Assembly: GCA_963702205.1 (NCBI GenBank)
Contig: OY969724.1
Coordinates: 1,920,001 to 1,984,000 of the forward strand
DNA: 64,000 nucleotides
Origin: an uncultured candidate division Zixibacteria bacterium
Lineage (GTDB): Bacteria; Zixibacteria; MSB-5A5; GN15; PGXB01
Reading direction: 5' to 3'
The notes under the pieces were generated by a model. It was not told the DNA's origin. It saw nothing but the letters and a program-made list of their open reading frames with translations, and did no database searches. Made by a program: the position numbers and the translations under genes. The stretch's first letter is position 1; each line of letters opens with the position of its first letter. This document shows, in pieces, positions 59,621-64,000 of the stretch.

Positions 59621-61309
59621 ATGTTCAGCAAATCAAATCAGATAAAAACCGGCTGGATGCTCTCGCTGCGGCTTCTCACGTATGTTTTGATAGCCGGTAT
59701 CGTCTTGTTCCGTGCCCTTTATTCCGGTTTTTTGTCCTTCCCATTTTTCGCTTACTCGCTGACTACACTGTTTTTGCCTATTATGATTATCCTGAAAAGA
59801 TGGTACAATCCATCTTTTCTTTTCAAAGGCATCTCGGCCCTGCAGACATTTTTCGAGATTGTCGCCATACTGGGGATTATTTACGCCACCGGCAATATCA
59901 ATTCGACTTATTCCGGCCTGCTGGTATTAACCGTCATTTCCGCGTCGCTGGTGTATTCCCTGGCCGGAACACTTTTGACGGCATCGGTCGTCTCGCTGGG
60001 CTACGCCGTCGTCGTCTGGTTCGGTTTTGGCGGACTGGAACGAGGCCTGGCCGGACACGCGCTGGAGACGATATTTTCTTCCCAGGACGCGGCGTTTTAT
60101 AATATTTTTCTGCACATTTTGACTTTCTACCTGGTTGCTTTCGTCTCCGGCTTTCTCATGGAGAAACTCAAAAGCAGCGATCAGGAATTGGAAGATACCT
60201 CTCAGGCGCTCCGCAAAGCCCGCCTGGAAACCGATGACATCCTGCGCCATCTGAATTCCGGATTGATGACCATAGATTCGGAGGGCCGGATCATATTTTA
60301 TAATCGGGCCGCCGAAGAGATACTGGGTTATCGTGAAAGCGAAGTTAAGGGCCGTATCTTCCGTGACCTGTTCAGCAGCCAGATGCCTTTTTTGGCGGAA
60401 AATCTGGCCGAGGTGCTTCAATCGGGAAGGCAGTCGCGTCGCTGCGAGATCAATATCGAAAGAAATGACGGAACCCGGATTCCTCTCGGAATATCCACGT
60501 CGCTGCTTCTGGACGAAGACGATGCCGTCCGGGGCGTAATCGCCATATTTACCGATTTGACAGAAACCAAAAGGCTCGAAGAAAAAATCCGCATCGCCGA
60601 CCGTATGGCGGCGGTGGGTGAGCTGTCGGCTGCGATTGCTCATGAAATAAGGAATCCCCTGGCGGCCATATCCGGATCGGTTGAAGTCCTGAAGGCGGAA
60701 CTGCAGCTCCAAAATGAGAATGGCCGTCTGCTGGAGCTGATCGTCAAGGAATCGAATCGACTAAACGAAATCCTGGCCGATTTTCTGACTTACGCCCGCA
60801 ATCAACGGTCGTCGTTCAACAAAGTCGAGCTTTGTCACCTGATCGCAGATATGTTCGAAGTGACCCGCCATCACCCGGCCTATCATAAAGATATCACATT
60901 GAAGCTCCAGACCGAGGATTCAATCGCATATATTTACAGCGACGAAGACCAGTTGAAACAAATTGTCATAAATTTGATGGTAAATGCCTGCCAGGCGATT
61001 GGTGACAGGCCCGGAGAAATCACGGTTGCAATCGACAGCCCGGAGATCGACCTCATCAGCCTGACCATAACCGATACCGGCCCGGGAATTCCCGAGGAAA
61101 TCATGCAGAAAATTTTCGATCCATTTTATTCGACAAAAAAGGACGGGACGGGTCTGGGGCTCGCCATCGTACAGCGATTGTCCAAACTGCTTGAGATAGA
61201 TTTGTGGGCGAAATCGGCCGCCGGTGGACCGACAGCTTTCTGTCTGACATTCAATAAAGTGCCAGAAATGCGTCATCTGGCCAAGCCATTAGAAGGCATC
61301 GGCGCATAG
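59621..61309 (+). CDS. pilS: PilS-like membrane sensor histidine kinase with PAS domain
   Basis: ~6 TMs, PAS, AHEIRNPL, DTGPGI, GTGLGL; follows pilC. Confidence 0.8.
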   Translation: MFSKSNQIKTGWMLSLRLLTYVLIAGIVLFRALYSGFLSFPFFAYSLTTLFLPIMIILKRWYNPSFLFKGISALQTFFEIVAILGIIYATGNINSTYSGLLVLTVISASLVYSLAGTLLTASVVSLGYAVVVWFGFGGLERGLAGHALETIFSSQDAAFYNIFLHILTFYLVAFVSGFLMEKLKSSDQELEDTSQALRKARLETDDILRHLNSGLMTIDSEGRIIFYNRAAEEILGYRESEVKGRIFRDLFSSQMPFLAENLAEVLQSGRQSRRCEINIERNDGTRIPLGISTSLLLDEDDAVRGVIAIFTDLTETKRLEEKIRIADRMAAVGELSAAIAHEIRNPLAAISGSVEVLKAELQLQNENGRLLELIVKESNRLNEILADFLTYARNQRSSFNKVELCHLIADMFEVTRHHPAYHKDITLKLQTEDSIAYIYSDEDQLKQIVINLMVNACQAIGDRPGEITVAIDSPEIDLISLTITDTGPGIPEEIMQKIFDPFYSTKKDGTGLGLAIVQRLSKLLEIDLWAKSAAGGPTAFCLTFNKVPEMRHLAKPLEGIGA

Positions 61310-61408
61310 CGGGATCTTTTTCTACACTTCATTTTATAAATTTAGGCTTGATTTTCGGGACTTTCGGTATAAAATGTAAGTTTCTCCTATGGATGGAAAG
61401 GACCGACA

Positions 61409-63193
61409 ATGAATAGGACCCTGAAGAGCTATGTCAATAAGACCTTTTTTCTACTTATCTGTCTTGCCTCATTAAACCAGTGCGCTCCGCCGGGCGGAGG
61501 CAGCGAGGCAAAAGATTCCAACGCGTTTCCGATCGCCTTTATCGGTCATAAAGCCAAAGTCAACTATACCGATTTGCTGGATCGTCTGAATCATAGCGAC
61601 CTTCTTATGCATGGGGGCATACTCGATTCCACCACTTATTTCGATACTCTCCAGAGCATGGTAATAGATTCGGTCGTGTCGGTTTTGTCAAAGACCGTGG
61701 ACTTTCGAAAGGACTTGTCTGCCTACCGTTATTTTATGCAGCGTTATATTCAGTTCTGGAGCCAATACGTTTACCAAAAAGAGGTCCTTGGTGTTTTTCG
61801 GGTCGACTCGTCGGATATAGACAGTTTTTATCATGCCCATGCCGACAATTATACCTATCAGGAACAGGTTCGGGCTCGCCAGATAACGATTTCCGCAAAT
61901 GGTCTTCGCTTTGGCTATGATTCCGTCAAGTATAGAAATTATTCGGAGGATCAACTCGATTCGACGGCTTTGCAGATAATAACCGAAATAAAAAACAGAG
62001 CCGACACCGGTGAAGACTTCGGAACTCTGGCATACGACTATTCCATGCACAAGCAGTCGGGAAAACGCAATGGCGAGCTGGGGTACTTTGTCAAGGGATT
62101 GTACAGCAAGCAGATCGACAGCGTGGCTTTTTCTCTCCCGGTGGGCGAGATTTCCGACCCGTTCAAGGACCGTGACGGCTGGCACATATTCGAGGTTCTG
62201 GATCACATAGACTCGGGGCTGGCGCCTCTGAAGGGGCACGTTTACGAGCAAGCCAAAAACGACTATCTTTATGAAATAACGCAAAGAAGAAGCAAAGAGT
62301 TTATCGATTCTCTGGTGCAAGAAGCTACGTACGTATTCAACGACTCTGCCCTGAACCAGGCCAATTTATATGCCATCCCCGACACGACGTGGTCGGTAAT
62401 TATTAACGGGCGCGATACGGTCGACTTTTTAAGGGTAGGGGATTTGATGGGGCAGTACCATCCTGCCGGCGACCAGGATGAACTCAGTCTGAGCAGCAAA
62501 AAGGAAATCCTGAAGAGCTATTGCAGCAGTTATCTTCTGGCCCAGTATGCGGAGGACAAAAAACTGGATCAGGAGCCCAAAGCGAAAAAGGAACTCGAGG
62601 ATATTCGGCGGGCGGCGGCCCTCAAATTAATCTTCAAGTCGTACCAGGATCCCGATTATATGCCCGACGACAGCGCCATAGAAGATTATTATCAGCGAAA
62701 TATCGATAAATTCACGTTCCCGAAACCCGTCTACGTTCAGCACATCATCGTGCAGGATTCGGTCTTCGGTGAATATCTCCGTGACCTGGCCTTGTCCGGG
62801 ATGGACTTCATGGATCTGGCCGAAGAAAATTATCCGGGCGAACCCGAAATACGCCGGGCGGCGGCCGACCTGGGATATATCGGCCCCGGCGAAATGCCGC
62901 CGGAGTTTTACGACATGGCTCTAAAAACACCCAAAGGCGAAGTGTCTCACCCGGTCAAGACAGAGCTCGGGTATCATATTATCAAAGTCGTCGATAGAAA
63001 AGATGATCGGGACGTCGTCGGTGCCCGCCACGACATCGTGCTGGCTTTGAGAGAAGAACGCAAGCAGACATTGGAAAACAAATGGCGCCACGACATGCTT
63101 AATAAATTCGACGTCAAGTATGACATCTCCAGAATTCCGACTATCCAGCTTCTGCCCAAAGACGTTCGGGATCCCGATGCGGCGGAGAAATAG
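61409..63193 (+). CDS. Parvulin-type peptidyl-prolyl isomerase (two PpiC domains)
   Basis: F..LA..YS..GELGY..GWHI and HIIV..DLGYI..GYHIIKV. Confidence 0.85.
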   Translation: MNRTLKSYVNKTFFLLICLASLNQCAPPGGGSEAKDSNAFPIAFIGHKAKVNYTDLLDRLNHSDLLMHGGILDSTTYFDTLQSMVIDSVVSVLSKTVDFRKDLSAYRYFMQRYIQFWSQYVYQKEVLGVFRVDSSDIDSFYHAHADNYTYQEQVRARQITISANGLRFGYDSVKYRNYSEDQLDSTALQIITEIKNRADTGEDFGTLAYDYSMHKQSGKRNGELGYFVKGLYSKQIDSVAFSLPVGEISDPFKDRDGWHIFEVLDHIDSGLAPLKGHVYEQAKNDYLYEITQRRSKEFIDSLVQEATYVFNDSALNQANLYAIPDTTWSVIINGRDTVDFLRVGDLMGQYHPAGDQDELSLSSKKEILKSYCSSYLLAQYAEDKKLDQEPKAKKELEDIRRAAALKLIFKSYQDPDYMPDDSAIEDYYQRNIDKFTFPKPVYVQHIIVQDSVFGEYLRDLALSGMDFMDLAEENYPGEPEIRRAAADLGYIGPGEMPPEFYDMALKTPKGEVSHPVKTELGYHIIKVVDRKDDRDVVGARHDIVLALREERKQTLENKWRHDMLNKFDVKYDISRIPTIQLLPKDVRDPDAAEK

Positions 63194-63810
63194 TGCCGGA
63201 GCCCATCAATAAAAATATTTCCGTACGGGGAGAAGTGTATCGCAAGCTGACCCATCTTTTCGCCCTTGTCATTCCCGGTTGCTATTATGCCTTCAGCTGG
63301 TCCCGCACGACCATGCTTCTGGTTATGGTGCCGGTGACCATCATTATCGTACTTATGGACATTTCCCGCCTGAAAGGGTGGAAATTTTACGGGCTGTTCC
63401 GGTGGATGGTTTCCAGGATGGTTCGTGACAACGAAAAGAAGGGGAATTTCACTGGGGCTTTTTATATTTTGATTACGTCGTGCATCGCCATCGCGGTTTT
63501 CTCGAAGCCTATCGCGATCGCGGGTCTGGCCTTTATTATGATCGGTGATCCGGCGGCGGTTTTGGTCGGACGCAAATATGGTCGTCACCGTTTCGGGGGT
63601 CATAAATCCATAGAAGGGTCGCTGGCCTTCCTGATAGTCGCCATTCCGGTCGGGCTTCTGGCTCCCGGGCTGCCGACTATGGTCGGTATTGTCGGTGCCG
63701 TCGTCGCGGCCGTGACGGAAGGCCTGTCCGGGCCTATCGACGACAATACGAGCGTCCCTTTAATCTCAGGGACGGTCATGCATATAATGATGCAGACGGG
63801 CCTGTTCTAA
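63193..63810 (+). CDS. SEC59/DGK1/VTE5 family CTP-dependent polyprenol/diacylglycerol kinase
   Basis: RKLTHL, GDPAAVLVGRKYG, KSIEGS, DDN. Confidence 0.85.
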   Translation: MPEPINKNISVRGEVYRKLTHLFALVIPGCYYAFSWSRTTMLLVMVPVTIIIVLMDISRLKGWKFYGLFRWMVSRMVRDNEKKGNFTGAFYILITSCIAIAVFSKPIAIAGLAFIMIGDPAAVLVGRKYGRHRFGGHKSIEGSLAFLIVAIPVGLLAPGLPTMVGIVGAVVAAVTEGLSGPIDDNTSVPLISGTVMHIMMQTGLF

Positions 63811-64000
63811 TAATCCCAGGGGAATTTAAAGACTATACCCAGTTGAAAAGAAAAGCCGCTGCCGTCGAAGCTGCTGTCCCAATTTACCTTATCGCCATAA
63901 ATTCCGGTAAAATGATTGTATCCAATCCAGCGGTATGTCGCACCGCCGGTAATAGCCAGTTTATCGTTTAAATGCATCGTCGCTCCCCCGCCGACGTTCA
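63807..64000 (-). CDS. C-terminal fragment of a probable outer-membrane beta-barrel protein (starts outside the window)
   Basis: Open frame NVGGGATMHLNDKLAITGGATYRW...GSGFSFQLGIVFKFPWDY, ending at a TAG at 63807. Confidence 0.6.
   Translation of the reverse strand, partial: NVGGGATMHLNDKLAITGGATYRWIGYNHFTGIYGDKVNWDSSFDGSGFSFQLGIVFKFPWDY

Overview
Mostly housekeeping-rich chromosomal DNA from a Gram-negative bacterium. Secreted proteins with FlgD/T9SS-like C-terminal domains and dockerin repeats suggest the FCB superphylum, most likely Zixibacteria (inference). The window holds about 55 CDS: comF-xerD-DGC, a GT39-TPR glycosyltransferase, an OPT transporter, mlaEFD, a frameshifted maeB, a DUF1998 helicase operon with deoBC, an ECF sigma/anti-sigma operon, yicC-gmk-rpoZ-topA-xerC-hslVU, argF, a ferredoxin-geranylgeranyl reductase pair, rpsT, murJ-comEC, and a large polarity/type IV pilus cluster (DUF4388, four roadblock-domain proteins, mglA, pilBTC, pilS). 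Most notable observations: (1) a RAYT transposase flanked by inverted REP hairpins and by a 54-bp duplication of the helicase 3' end that differs only at synonymous sites; (2) an MglA GTPase with a ~200-aa tail ending in a MinD-like membrane-targeting helix, inside an expanded roadblock module; (3) an orphan structured sRNA candidate with its own promoter and terminator (~9665-9808); (4) a non-cellulosomal cohesin-dockerin set; (5) recurring ECF-type and sigma28-type promoter motifs; (6) two probable pseudo-enzymes. No rRNA, tRNA or CRISPR array was seen. All calls come from reading the sequence by eye; no searches were run.
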